Below are positions 11,067-23,460 of a stretch of 64,000 nt of DNA, piece after piece; within the stretch, counting starts at the first letter, position 1, and the number at the start of each line of letters is the position of its first letter. The position numbers and the translations under genes are program-made. This DNA is from Mytilus edulis (lineage: Eukaryota). The notes beneath the pieces are model-generated. The model saw only the letters and a program-made list of their open reading frames with translations. It ran no database searches and was not told where the DNA came from. The stretch is taken from positions 61,566,001 through 61,630,000 of the forward strand of contig NC_092354.1 of assembly GCF_963676685.1 (NCBI RefSeq), read 5' to 3'.

Positions 11067-12990
11067 ATTACCTAGAGTTCCTGATGTTACTGTGTCTTTC
11101 AAGTTTGTATGCCTACGGAAGGCAAACAGACGTCTTTTATCAAATAAAAGTTTTGCCTCTTCGTCATCATTAAGTTATCCCAGAGTTTTAAGATATTGTT
11201 CTTTATATGTGATTTCTGTCTTGAAAACACTGTGGAGAGTACCAAGGGAGGCGACTGTAATACAGATTTGGGTTTTCCTATTAATGTGTCCTTTCTTTGT
11301 TTTGCAGTCACGTCCTGCATAACAGTTTTAATTTCATTTTTTGGACATCCCTTTTTAATAAGGCGCTCAGAAAATAACTCATATTGTGTTTGCAAATCTA
11401 CTGGACTGTTTGTACACCCCTCAAAACGAAGCATTTCTCCTTTAATTATGCTTCTGAAAGAAGAGGATGGGTGGCATCAGGACCTCTCTTAGTACTGATA
11501 ATATTCAGTTCTTTTTGGAATGTCGTGAGGTTTAAGATTCCTGTTTCTCTAAATGTTGTGGCCTTTGAATAAATACACACCTAAAAACTGCATTTTAGTT
11601 TGTGATTTTTCTTGTGTAAATGTGCATGGCGTCTGTTATCATGTTAAAAAAATTATGCTTTTTTATCATCAGTACCTGCATTGTAAATGAAAAAGCCATC
11701 GTCCGTTAACCTATAGAGGCTTGATATTTTCTGTTTATGTTGGAAAGTCTTTAGAATACTATTTGAGACTTAGTAAACTCTCAGATCCGTACTTTCAGGT
11801 GATAAACTATTTCCCATTGGAACTTCGTTTTTGAAGTTTTATAAAAAATACCATAGAACATAAATTCGTTATTTTAAGGAACTATCTTTAGAAGTTCCAA
11901 TATATATCGCAGCGGTGGTAATAGTATCGTATGTAAACATTTAATTATCGTAGGCCAAGCATGCTTGACTGCTTCAACTATTTCTATATGGGACATATTG
12001 TTGTACATTTCTTTTATGTCAAAACTAAGTAGACGTCAGGTTTTACCTGCAATTTCTTAATAATATTTTTAAATTATAATGAGTCTCTTAAATGGGTCTC
12101 TTGTTTTACTACTGCTGGAAGCATGAATTTATCGAAATACTTCCCTATTCTCTCTAAAACAGTACCCGATAATGAAACAATAAACCTTCTTTGAATACTT
12201 ACATTTTGATACAGTGTAGGATTCTGTTGAACCCTTTCTATTAGTTCAGAATCCAGTTTGTGCAATTGAGGCAGAAGATACAACCTTCCTGGTTTATGAT
12301 CTCTCTTAGCAGAAGTTATTTAAACGTGATTTCATCCATGACCCCTTTGCTATGCATTCCAAAGATAATAGTATTGATTTTCTGGTTGGTCTCTATTATT
12401 TCTAATTTTGCAATTTCTATGAAGTGGGTAGCACTACTCAATTGCATCAGTCCTTCATTTATATATTCTGTTTTAACCCAGATCACTGAAGTATCATTTT
12501 TATCTGCTTTTCGAATAACTATGTTTTTGTTTAGTTTCGGGAAAGAAATTGCCTTTCTTTCCAGCGTAGTGCGATTATCGTGTGCTTTTTAAATTGTTAT
12601 ATTATCTATCTCAATTTTAGTTTTGAATATATATGTCTCAATTGCACTGTTTGCAAGTTCCGGTTCATATCCTGATTTTGTATAATAGTCCCAGGAAGTT
12701 AATTCATATGCACTACTATTTTGTTTTCAAATATCAAAATATAGGGCTGTGTGGCATATTTTCAACGTTTATATGCCTGGAATTTTTAAGAATTTTAACT
12801 TTAACTAATATTGTGTACTACGTACATGTACCTTGTACGCTTAACTCGACCAAAAGATTTATTAATATCATATATCTCCCAAACATGGTTTGTGGAACAG
12901 CTGTACCATGTGCAATTTATAGCATGTTTAATTCCGACATTCTACCAATTTTATCAAAAGTTGAACTTAAATTATCAGAGATGATATCTG
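11067..12990 (-). pseudogene. Penelope-like (Neptune-type N-terminus) reverse transcriptase A, near full length, decayed, ends without GIY-YIG
   Basis: Motifs YTKSGYEPELANSAIETY, IVIRKADK, PGRLYLLPQLHK, FDIKEMYNN, PMGNSLSPESTDL, YRLTDDGFF, QFLG, CHPSSSFRSIIKGEMLRF, LIKKG, PLVLST and AFRRHTNLKD, then a stop. Multiple in-frame stops and frameshifts. Confidence 0.85.
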
Positions 12991-14710
12991 TGAAATAAAA
13001 AGAATATTTGACTAGAATATAAAGCCATTGCCCGGCATGCATTTCCCACCATCATCGTCAAGCAACCTGTTAAAAGAGCTAACACTAAGCATTTGTCTTA
13101 TTTTACTTACAACCCTAGAGACTAAGTGTTTAAATTTTCGTGTGTCCCGGTGTTATTAATAAAAATCTTAAAGATTTCAAGTATAAAAAAACAGGACAAC
13201 GTTCGTCATAACATGATTTCAAAACTTTCAACATCGATTTCAATCAAATGGTTTGAGTGTTCATGCCGAACGCTCACGTGGTACCAAATGAACTCAACCT
13301 TATACACATGTTATACGGGGATGATAAAACGCGATGATTCCGTTAAAAAAGTTTTGAGCGGGAAATACAAATATAAGATTTTCGATAGGAACGAAAAGAT
13401 AAATAAAAATAAAATATTGCTGGCAAATACAAATAAAGATTTTCAGTCGGAACGAATTTATAGGATCGGTCGGTAAAGGGCAAACACACAATATTTTAAT
13501 TTAAGCCTGATTTTTAACAAAACTATTTGCAGTTTGTCCACCAATATCATATGTTGTTAAATGAAATATGAATTAATGTTTTTGAATCATATGTTTTCTC
13601 GTTTAAAAAAACAAAGGCTTTCAATTTCCAGTTAAAAACATGCCAACTTTAAGTTTAAATTTTATATAGGAATGGTTTATTATTTATGTCTTCGTCATTC
13701 CAGTGACCCTTGCTGATAAGTGCATCTAAAATATTAACAAATTGAGCCTGAAATAAGGCATTCATTTTTTGAAAGTGATTAGCCAAAAAATTGAGGAATA
13801 CCAATAAACAGGCTAAAATACAAAAATATGACGAAAGAAAGTTTTTACGACCAAACGAAAATTGAAATATAGATATTTTTCTATCATTTAAAACGATTCC
13901 CAGTCGTGTGTTATTCTGGTACATTTAACGCATTAATTAATTGTCTTTTTTAAGATCATTTGCAGTACTAGTAGATAAAGTTATAACATTTAATTTCAAA
14001 GCACGTGATAAATTCATTTTTTCCCCGTTTATTTCTATTCTGTACTTAAACAATTAATGTACTAAAAGTTGAGTCGGGTTTAAAGTAAAATATACGTCAA
14101 TATTTACAAAATAACTAAAAAAATAAACAAAGCATTCTTATTTCAGCACTGGTTATGGATCAATTTTTTCAGGTACGGTTATTTGTAAGAATGAACAAAT
14201 GTACATATCTATCTGAATCATATGCAATAATTGAGGTATCTAAAGTGATGCTCAAGGCCCAACATTAGATAGCTCTAATTGGATGCCTAAATCGTGGAAT
14301 TGTGTCTACAACTTTTACTTATCTATAAAATATTTGATGGTTGCATGCATAGACACTATTCAGATTTAGTGTCTTTATTATTGAAATTTAAGCAATTCTT
14401 TTAGCTTCCTTCCAAAATGTCTAACCATACTATATCTAAAAACAGGCAAGTATTGAAATATCACAACAAAATTAAGAATAATAGATAAAAGACATGTTTC
14501 TTAAATATATTTTCCCGCGTTTCGGAGTATAGCGGGAAAATGTTGTCTAAAAGGAACGTTTTATAAGAACGGTATATATTTTTGGCGGGTTTTGTTATGT
14601 GTAGTTGTACACGTGGTTACGTGGACCAATCATTTGGATTGTGGTGAAAGCTGGTTTTTAATTTTCATGTGTTTGAAAATCATTCTAGCCGCAGACGTTC
14701 AACACTAAAC

Positions 14711-15382
14711 ATGTCGGAGCCGGCAGAAATAAACATGCTTATCGACCGAAAAATTAAAGACGCTTTGAGCCAGAACCAAAACGAGATACTGCAGAGATCC
14801 GTTCACGAAACGCAGAGGCAGCTATCAGAAACTCAAATGTCTAAAATCCAGCAGATGAACACCGAAAATTACGTTTTTAAGCGAAAGGGAAACGAAGAGC
14901 AGTTCAAGGTTAACACAAAAATCGCCAACAAGATGAAAGAGGCCAGAAGTATTCTAACAGAATCGCAGAACAACAACGAAAGTACAGAGGGCGCGATGAG
15001 GAACATTTGTGAAGGTTTGGACATTCTCAATCATCGACAAAAATTGATTAAGCTCGCGGATCAGTCCGAGAACGGCTGGAGAACAGTTACCGAGTATGAA
15101 ACGCACAACCTAGCAGATGATTCAGAAGACGAAAAACGCATAATACGAGCTGAAAACAAAGCGTCGAGGAAAATGAAGAGCGACAAAAAGTTTAAGACAC
15201 GCACAACTCCTTACAGTGCCCCACAGTCTACTCGATTCAACTCAGTTAATCGACAGAGTACAGTTAACATCCTGTGGTGCATCGACCCGGAAAATGTTAT
15301 GAGTGTGGTTTGTCAGAACATTGGAGGTCAGACCATTATAAACAGGGTTGGCAAACTCAGAAAGAAAAGTCTGATAAGATAA
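14711..15382 (+). CDS. Gag-like ORF1 of the YR retrotransposon (frameshift before the zinc knuckle)
   Basis: ATG lies immediately after repeat A1. Motifs FKRKGNEEQF, RQKLIKLAD..GWRTV.EYE..LADDSEDEKRI. The CxxCxxxxHW knuckle (CYECGLSEHW) lies in a different frame (ORF 15274-15489). Confidence 0.8.
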   Translation: MSEPAEINMLIDRKIKDALSQNQNEILQRSVHETQRQLSETQMSKIQQMNTENYVFKRKGNEEQFKVNTKIANKMKEARSILTESQNNNESTEGAMRNICEGLDILNHRQKLIKLADQSENGWRTVTEYETHNLADDSEDEKRIIRAENKASRKMKSDKKFKTRTTPYSAPQSTRFNSVNRQSTVNILWCIDPENVMSVVCQNIGGQTIINRVGKLRKKSLIR

Positions 15383-16932
15383 GTACTAGATTATTTAGTA
15401 ATGATTTATCTGTTAATTTTGGTAGAGAAAATGCTATAGTTTCATGTAATTCACCTGTAGGTAAATTAAGAAGTTCAATTGATTATTGACGTAATATTGT
15501 TTGCGCTAACGAGACAGTTATTGATATCATAGAACATGGATATAAAATACCTTTTCACACAGAGCCAGGTGAGGTATTTTTGAATAACAACAAATCGTCT
15601 TTAGAGAATTCAGATTTCGTAGATAATGAGATTTTAAAGATGATAGAATTAGGAGGCATAAAAGAATTTTCATGTAAACCTAAAGTAGTCAATCCGTTGA
15701 CGGTAGCTAACAATAAAAACAAATTAAGATTAGTTTTAGATTGTAGACACATTAACCCACATCTTCATAAATTCAGATTTAAATATGAAGATGCTAGCGT
15801 AGCCAGTCAAATGTTTAAGAAGGGAGATTACTGCTTTACTTACGATTTGAGATCGGCATACCATCATGTAGAGATATTTGAATCACACAAGACATATTTA
15901 GGTTTTGCTTGGGTCAAAAATCGTGAAACAAAATATTACGTCTTTAATGTTTTACCATTTGGTATATCTACTGCTGGTTATATATTCACCAAAGTTGTAA
16001 GGTGTATTGTTAAACATTTACGAAATTCAGGTTTGAAAATTATCATGTATTTAGACGATGGTTTAGGCGGGGCTGACGAGATAAGTCAGGCCCAGGAAAC
16101 TAGCATAGTTGTTCAGAAAGTACTAAAAGCTTCTGGGTTTTTGATAGCAGAAGATAAATGCAATTGGACACCTAGCCAAAATGTGGTATGGTTGGGTGTA
16201 GTATGGCAATTTGACAAAGGCATGGTTTCGGTCACAAAAAGGCGACTTTCCAAATTGTTAGATACTTTAAATAGAATTATACACAAAACAGGGAAAGGAG
16301 AAATACACGTTTCGGCAAGGTTTCTTGCTTCTATAATTGGTCAGATCATATCTATACAAGGGGCAGTTGGTCCTGTAGTTAGACTATGTACAAGAAGTAT
16401 GTACGAATGCATTTTGTATAAAGCAAGCTGGAATGCTAATGTTCTGTTGAACAGTAGATCTCTTGATGAGATAATTTTCTGGAAGGAAAATATAGAGAAA
16501 ATGAATGGCAGAGAATTGCATATTGTTGAGCAATACTCGAGTGTAGTATACACAGATGCCTCGGGCATAGGTTATGGTGGCTATTTGGTAAAAGCCATAG
16601 ACGAAGAGATTATGGGTAGTTGGAACGATGGAGAAAAATTGAAAAGTTCTACTTGGAGAGAGCTTGAGGCAGTTTATAGAGTACTGCAGTCTATATCTAT
16701 GTCATTAAAAGGTCAAACAGTTAAGTGGCACACAGATAATCAGAACGTAGTAAACATAATAAAAAAGGGCAGTAAGAAATCTGATTTACAAAATATTACA
16801 ATTAAAATAGCAAACGTATGTGAATCAAATAGCATTAAGATCGTACCAGAGTGGGTACCTAGACAAGAGAACGTTAAAGCAGATAAAATTAGCAAAACTA
16901 TTGATTGCGATGATTGGAAGATAGACGATATT

Positions 16933-17821
16933 ACATTATATTCGTAAATATAGCTCAACATGCAGACTTCTAATACGTTCAGGTATTTCACATCCAATTT
17001 TTTATGGAAATATTCTTTATAAAGCACAAAGGTGTCAGTATTCACCTCAGAAACTTACAAAACCTTTGAATAGACTTATTAAGAAGGGATATAATTACGA
17101 TACTGTTGTCAAGTCATTAAAGATTGCATATTTTGGCGTTAATATTGAGTCACTGATAAGGTCTTTGCATCGGAACTAAACACATTTATTCTAAAAACAG
17201 TTGTTGGCATGACACGGGTTATGTTCTTCTCATATATGTTATGATGGTATGATACTAAACCCCTAACGGGAAGGATTGTGCCTGATGTTCATATGATGAA
17301 ATCATAATCTTTCAGTCAGTTTAATTGAAGTCTGGAGCTGGCATGTCAGTTAACTGCTAGTAGTCTGTTGTTATTTATGTATTATTGTCATTTTGTTTAT
17401 TTTCTTTGGTTACATCTTCTGACATCAGACTCGGACTTCTCTTGAACTGAATTTTAATGTGCGTATTGTTATGCGTTTACTTTTCTACATTGGTTAGAGG
17501 TATAGGGGAGGGTTGAGATCTCACAAACATGTTCAACCCCGCCGCATTTTTGCGCCTGTCCCAAGTCAGGAGCCTCTAGCCTTTGTTAGTCTTGTATTAT
17601 TTTAGTTTTAGTTTCTTGTGTACAATTTGGAAATTAGTATGGCGTTCATTATCACTGGACTAGTATATATTTGTTTAGGGGCCAGCTGAGGGACGCCTCC
17701 GGGTGCGGGAGTTTCTCGCTACATTGAAGACCTGTTGGTGACCCTCTGCTGTTGTTTTTTATTTGGTCGGGTTGTTGTCTCTTTGACACATTCCCCATTT
17801 CCATTCTCAATTTTAGATATT
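16933..17821 (+). mobile_element. 5'-truncated Naiad-like Penelope retroelement (RT C-terminus plus 3' UTR) inserted in the YR element
   Basis: Flanked by a GATATT duplication (16927-16932 and 17816-17821). An open frame from 16939 reads IRKYSSTCRLLIRSGISHPIFYGNILYK...LIKKGYNYD...LHRN*, which I recognise as resembling the C-terminal extension of bivalve Naiad-type RTs (recognition, not a search). A SECIS-like hairpin follows. Confidence 0.7.
17230..17296 (+). promoter_or_regulatory. Type II SECIS element (selenocysteine insertion sequence)
   Basis: Helix I UCAUAU/AUAUGA; core AUGAU at 17241; helix II GGUAUGAUACU/AGGAUUGUGCC; unpaired AAA; mini-stem CCC-CUAAC-GGG; 3' UGAU. It lies about 60 nt after the stop of the RT fragment. 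Confidence 0.8.
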
Positions 17822-18269
17822 TCATTTGAATATCTTAATCAGAATTGGGGTCCACATACCGTAGATAGGTTTGCCACTGATTACAATGCAAAATGTAGCA
17901 TATTCAACACTAAACACTGGTGTCCAGGTACACTGGGTATCGATGCTTTCAATAGACAGTGGGGTAAAGAAAATAACTGGATTGTGCCACCACCTTCAGA
18001 CATATCCCGATGTATACACAAAATTATACAAGATAAAACAGATAGCACTTTATTTGTTCCTTTATGGGTTTCAGCACCATATTGGCCACTTTTACACAAA
18101 GTCTATGGTAATGTTGTAGAATTCGAATCGTTCATTAAAGATAGTAAAATATTACCATCAACAGTTATCAAAAAAGGCCGAGGTAGAAATGGTTTGTTCG
18201 GAAAATCAACAGATTTCAGGATGTTGGCTATGAAAATAAGGTTTTAATTTATTTCATTCTTTCCTACAG

Positions 18270-19280
18270 GTATCGGTCTGAAATGCAGGGTGTTGGAGGA
18301 AATACAAGATGGAGGGATTCTTTCGGCTGATTTTGACGAATTGGGACGTAAGATGTCATCGTATTTACTGCAGTCCAGGAGTGACAATACTAACAATAAA
18401 TATTTTTATGCTTATAAACTATTGGAGAGATTTATATTAAAACAAGGGGGACTATCTTTGCCAGCAAAACCTATACATGTAGCTTTATATTTAACCAAAC
18501 TGATAGACACAGGTTCATCTTATAGTGTAGTTCAGTCAGCGTTTTACGGTATAAAATGGGCACATACAGTTCAAGGTAGTTTCAGATCCCACAGAAAATG
18601 CTTTTGTGACCAATTTACTGGAGTCATCTAAACGTCAACCACATAAACCGAATGTTAAAAAGGAACATATTGATTCTGAATCTATTATTGAACTTTGTAC
18701 AAAATATAAAGACAGTGATGATATAGCTATTTTAAGGGATTTATGTATGATTGTTCTTAGTTTCTCTGGATTTCTTAGATTCAATGAGCTTAGTTCTCTT
18801 TGATGTAAAGACGTTCATTTCAAAACTAATTATTTAGAGATTGATATTGACCAAAGCAAAACTGATCAGTATAGATTAGGGGAAAAATTAGTTATTTCAA
18901 ATGGTGAGTCTGCTGCTTGTCCTTATAATTTATTGTCCAAGTATTTCAGTATTTGTAAAATTGAGTCCAGTTCTGAGCAGTATTTATTTAAACCTATTTT
19001 TAGATGAGGCAAACGGTGTTCGCTAATTTACAAGAACAAAAAACTGAGTTATACCAGAGCTAGAGAGTGTATAGTAGCTAGACTCAAAGAAGTTTGTGGT
19101 GATATAAACATAGGTTTACATTCTTGAAGGGCGGGTGGAGCCACTGTCGCAGCTAACGCTGATGTTAACGAACGCTGCTGGAAACGGCACGGTCGATGGA
19201 AATCTGACACTGCTAAAGATGGGTACGTGGCAGACTCACTTACACATCGTTTAGAAGTTACTCAGAAGCTAGGTATTTAG
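18270..19280 (+). pseudogene. Tyrosine recombinase ORF3 of the YR element (one frameshift, three TGA stops)
   Basis: Motifs GFLRFNEL, SKTDQYR, GLHS*RAGGAT, HGRWKS and DGYV. Frameshift near 18580; TGA at 18801, 19005 and 19125. Confidence 0.9.
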
Positions 19281-22200
19281 CATTTTCTTTTTATTGTATA
19301 TCATTTACAGTTTTCCGCCCTTTCTTTGTGTTTGTAGTCTGCACGGCTAAATGCAATTTGTGTTTGTTATTATTGTAGTGTAGTTAATACATGTATTTTC
19401 CCGCGTTTCGGAGTATAGCGGGAAAATGTTGTCTAAAAGGAACGTTTTATAAGAACGGTATATATTTTTGGCGGGTTTTGTTATGTGTAGTTGTACACGT
19501 GGTTACGTGGACCAATCATTTGGATTGTGGTGAAAGCGGGTTTTTAATTTTCATGTGTTTGAAAATCATTCTAGCCGCAGACGTTCAACACTAAACTTCA
19601 ATGTTTCATAATATTTGATATTGTATATTATTTTGCTGTTTTTTCTTGTGATGGAGTTTGGCATCAATATCCCGAGGCGTGCCTTTCATTTGCTCCGAAC
19701 ACAGGTTTCCATATCAATTTTCTTTAGTAAAGTTTTTTGATGGTTTTTCCTGGGCGGCGAGGTTACGTTAAAGACGGATAAATATACATACATGCATAAA
19801 TACAAAGAGATATGGGCTGTTATTGATTCAGAGTAAACTTGTTTCAGACGTTTATTCTTTCTGTGTACCTCATTTGGAATGTATTTGTATTTCATATATG
19901 TCATGATATATAATATAAAATATAAATTAAACGCCGGCTATGTTAGTCTGCACGGCTAAATGCAATTTGTGTTTGTTATTATTGTAGTGTAGTTAAGACA
20001 TATACCTTATCTACATGTATTACTTTAAGTTTTTAATCAGATATGTATTTAAAGAGGTGAGATTCTATAAAATTATTTGTTTGTTTGTTTGTAATAGATA
20101 AAAGTTGTACAATAGGTGCAAAAAAATACATGTGAATTGTTGGTAATCATATACGTGTATATATGCCTTCACCATTTCTCGAGGTCAAATACCTTATTCG
20201 TAATAAATTTTGAATAGACTAATCACTAGCTAGGTATTTAAACAAAGTTTGGTCAACTTATATTTCGTAAAATATTAAACCAGAAGTAAAATACAATCAC
20301 TGCTAAAGTTACTGACGAATTTAGCGCTTTCTTCTTAAGTTTAATAATTTCACTGACAATGAAACCATTTTCAAGGATATTGCTTGGTTGTACTTTAGAT
20401 TTTAATGTCTAAACCATTTCGAAAGATTAAATACCTAAGGCTTTATAACTTGTGAATATACATTATACGATCTAGGTATTTAAACAAAGATACGGGAGGT
20501 TATTATAATCAATCGAAAAGTATTCTTGCAACACAATTTTCGTCTTTGTCCCAATTTGTTTTCTTCAGTAGCAACCCACTTTGTTCAGCACAATTAGCCT
20601 GACGATAGTCGAGTTGTCGAAATTAGTTTTCATTTTGGTTACTTTAAAAACAACTTTAAAACAATGTTTTAGACCATTCTATGTCAAAAGAATTTCCACA
20701 CATGTTTCCATGACAACACAGTTACATCAATATGCTGCAGGGTTAAAATTGGTTTTATACAATTAACTAAATCAATAGTGTTATTGTGACAATGTATCAC
20801 TTTAATATGTGTAAATTCATCACTTATCTTCACTGAATTGTTAAAGTAAAGTATTTTTCGGGTTATTAAATCTTTGTCCAAGCAGAAATCATATTTGTAT
20901 GTTTTTTTGTTAGATTTACAAATTATGAGATAGTAATAAGAATGCAAGCCCCTCGGGCAAAATATGACTCTTATTTATAGATTCCCTTGATTTGTCTTAA
21001 ACAAAAGCATTAATCTAGGAAGGCTAATTCATTTGCTAAACATAATATTTAAACACACGTTAAACACAGGTCTAGTGTGAACACAGTCATGGTAAACTGC
21101 AAGTAAAGGTTTGCCTGTTGTCATTTTTGTGTCATAGGGCGTTGACGTACAAAATCAAAACTCTTTCTGTTGGATATTTTTCACATTGGATATCACACAA
21201 ATATCCGTATGTCTTTCTTAAAAGCAAGAGCGATTTGAAGTCTCTCTTTTGATCTTGCAAACAACAAATGTTCTGGCTACTAGGTTTTTCAATACTCATA
21301 GAAGCTCTGTTAATCCAAATTCGATATTTCAATAAATAGTTAATTCCGTATTGCTTGTTTAATTGTAAGATAAGTTTTGATCGTTAAAATGCTGAGCATC
21401 TTATTTGTTCATGAATATATATAATGGTATTTGATATAATCGATGACACTAATTTGTTTTAGATCGTGGAATATCAACTGTTAATACTAACATTGAAGAT
21501 AATAAGCAAGATGTGACATATTTTCCAGCCACCCCACCATGTAAGTACGCCGAAATTTCAAAGCAATGTTGAATTACAACAAGACAATACACATGTATGT
21601 TAAAATGTTGTAAGTTCAACGATGACTTTAAAATGTTTCAGTTAAATATTTCAACATTGAATGTCTAATATTAAATCAACTACAAATTTCGGTTGATTAA
21701 GTAGATATTTGAAAAAACATTGTAGGTGTCTAATATAGCACTGAATAAACGTTAAATGAAAGTTGATAGGTTTGGCATACAACTGCAAATTAGAAAAAGG
21801 TTTTCATGTTTTACAAAATATTGCATTGTACAACAGACGATACTAACCACGAACTCAATACTCATGATACAACTCCGATCAAAATATGTGTAAAAAAAAG
21901 CTAAAACCTATGAACAAAAATGATCAAAATAGCGTAGCAGGTTGAAGATTGATTATTTGACAGGGTTTGCTTAAAATGCATTGCAAATATTTCTCGCAAG
22001 TTAAGGACTATAACGAAGGAACAGAAAATATAAAAGATAGATCCTGGTATAAGAATTCGACCAGGTTGTAGGGCGCCTTTTTTGGAATGCACCTTGAAAA
22101 TTAGTCCTTATAGGAAAGGGACCGACATTTTGCTCTGCAACAGGCCATTCACGGACCAAACACATAGTTAATGCAAGGGCTTGTTACGCACAGAAACAGT

Positions 22201-22865
22201 GGCATTTTCTACGCATGGTGCATCGGATTTATCATAATGATATATCAATATCATAGTATTTTATTATATTTTAACCAAAACCGAAGATGGAGTTCGATTA
22301 CCAGTGCCGGCAAACTAAATTGTAAAAGTAAAAAGTAACTTTCTACATTAATATCATTAGTGAACAGAAATCAGTAAATTACCCAATTAAAAAAAAAATG
22401 AAATTAAGTACAAAAAGAAAACAATTGATTATAAATTGAAAAAAAGTCTATTTCAGCGACAGCTTTACGAAGAGTTTATCATAGGAAAGAAAACCACGAT
22501 AAATAAATAGGCTAACAGATATAGTTTAATAAATATTTAAATATTTTATAAAAAATTAGACACACAAAAAATAGTTTCTTGTGCACTAAAAAGCTAGAAA
22601 ATGTCATAATTTTGCATCCAGTCTTTACAGGATTGGTATCCATTTGGTCAACTATTTTATTCCAAGAAAGTGTAAAATAATTGGCTCAAATTTCCCTCAG
22701 TTTTAGTTTGTAACTCGGATCTGTTTTTTTTTTTCTCAACCGATTAATGAATTTCCAACAGCGGTATACTACTATTGCCTTTTTTCTGAACAAAATGTAC
22801 ATGGTCCAGGTTTTTTTAAATTTTCATTTAAACACTGAAGTATTAAATAGTAGAATTCTATATTT

Positions 22866-23460
22866 GTATACCCTACGTTACAAAGTTCCGTCGAGTATAA
22901 TATTTTTGAGATCGTCTGTACGGCAGTCCGGCAGTCCTGTTTTTGTCATCACAACTTCTCTGAAACCACACAAAAGAATTTTATGAAACTTTGTAGATAA
23001 TAAGGATATACTATTGAGATGTGCATATCGACAGGAATTTATTATTCAATTATTTTCCTGGCGTAATGTCCCTTTGAATTTACAAGTTTTGCCTGAGTGT
23101 ACTAGTGCAGCAGTTTGTCATTGCAACTCCTCTTAAAGCACAGAACATATTTTCATGAAACTTTGTAAATAATAAGGACAAACTAAATCAATGTATATAG
23201 ATGTTCATACTGACAGGCAATAATGATTCATTTTTTTCTATGAGCTATGCACCTTTGAACTTTCAAGTTGGCTAATATATTACTGCAACAGTTTGTCATA
23301 GCAATATTATAGATAATAAGGACATTATATGTAGATGTGCATATCCATAAAAAAAAATAATCTGTTGACTTTTGTCTTTTAACTAAGGAATCTGGTGAGA
23401 TTATGTTTGCCAAGTGGCAATGAAGGGGTATGTGAGTGAGCAAGCTCACAAAGGTTCTTT
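22866..23460 (+). mobile_element. HINE/DINE-like non-autonomous Helentron-type element (degenerate)
   Basis: 5' end with a GTCC/GTCT-like microsatellite, internal tandem subrepeats (aaactttgtagataataagga.. x2-3), and a 3' hairpin GTGAGC-A-AGCTCAC before a T run. Confidence 0.55.

Larger units (their letters stand above)
15400..18247 (+). pseudogene. RT-RNase H-methyltransferase-like ORF2 of the YR element, interrupted by an insertion at 16933-17821
   Basis: RT motifs LRLVLDCR, YDLRSAYHHV, LPFG and YLDDG. RNase H motifs YTDAS, SSTWRELEAV, HTDNQ and ADKIS. C-terminal N6-adenine MTase-like segment HTVDRFA...IDAF...WIVPP. In-frame TGA at 15487. The ORF rejoins as DDISFEYL after removing the insert. 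Confidence 0.9.
14508..19996 (+). mobile_element. Ngaro/PAT-type (DIRS order) tyrosine-recombinase retrotransposon with split direct repeats
   Basis: A1 14508-14710 matches A2 19394-19596 (203 bp, one mismatch seen). B1 19335-19387 matches B2 19944-19996 (53 bp). The order is A1-gag-RT/RNaseH-MT-YR-B1-A2-spacer-B2, with no TSD, as expected for YR elements. Confidence 0.95.

Noticed and set aside
11092-12998. Plus-strand ORFs of 76-121 aa over the RT A region
   Set aside because: They are antisense shadows of the minus-strand RT frame with no independent motifs.
13022-13070. Possible hammerhead upstream of RT A (UUGACGA...GAAA on the minus strand)
   Set aside because: No convincing stems II, III or I can be formed.
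15487-19127. All four in-frame stops of the YR element are TGA and a SECIS sits inside the element, suggesting selenocysteine recoding
   Set aside because: The TGAs fall at positions expected to be W, R, S and L (e.g. HSLRAGG), not Cys. There are also frameshifts, and the SECIS belongs to a later insertion that breaks ORF2 and lies upstream of YR.
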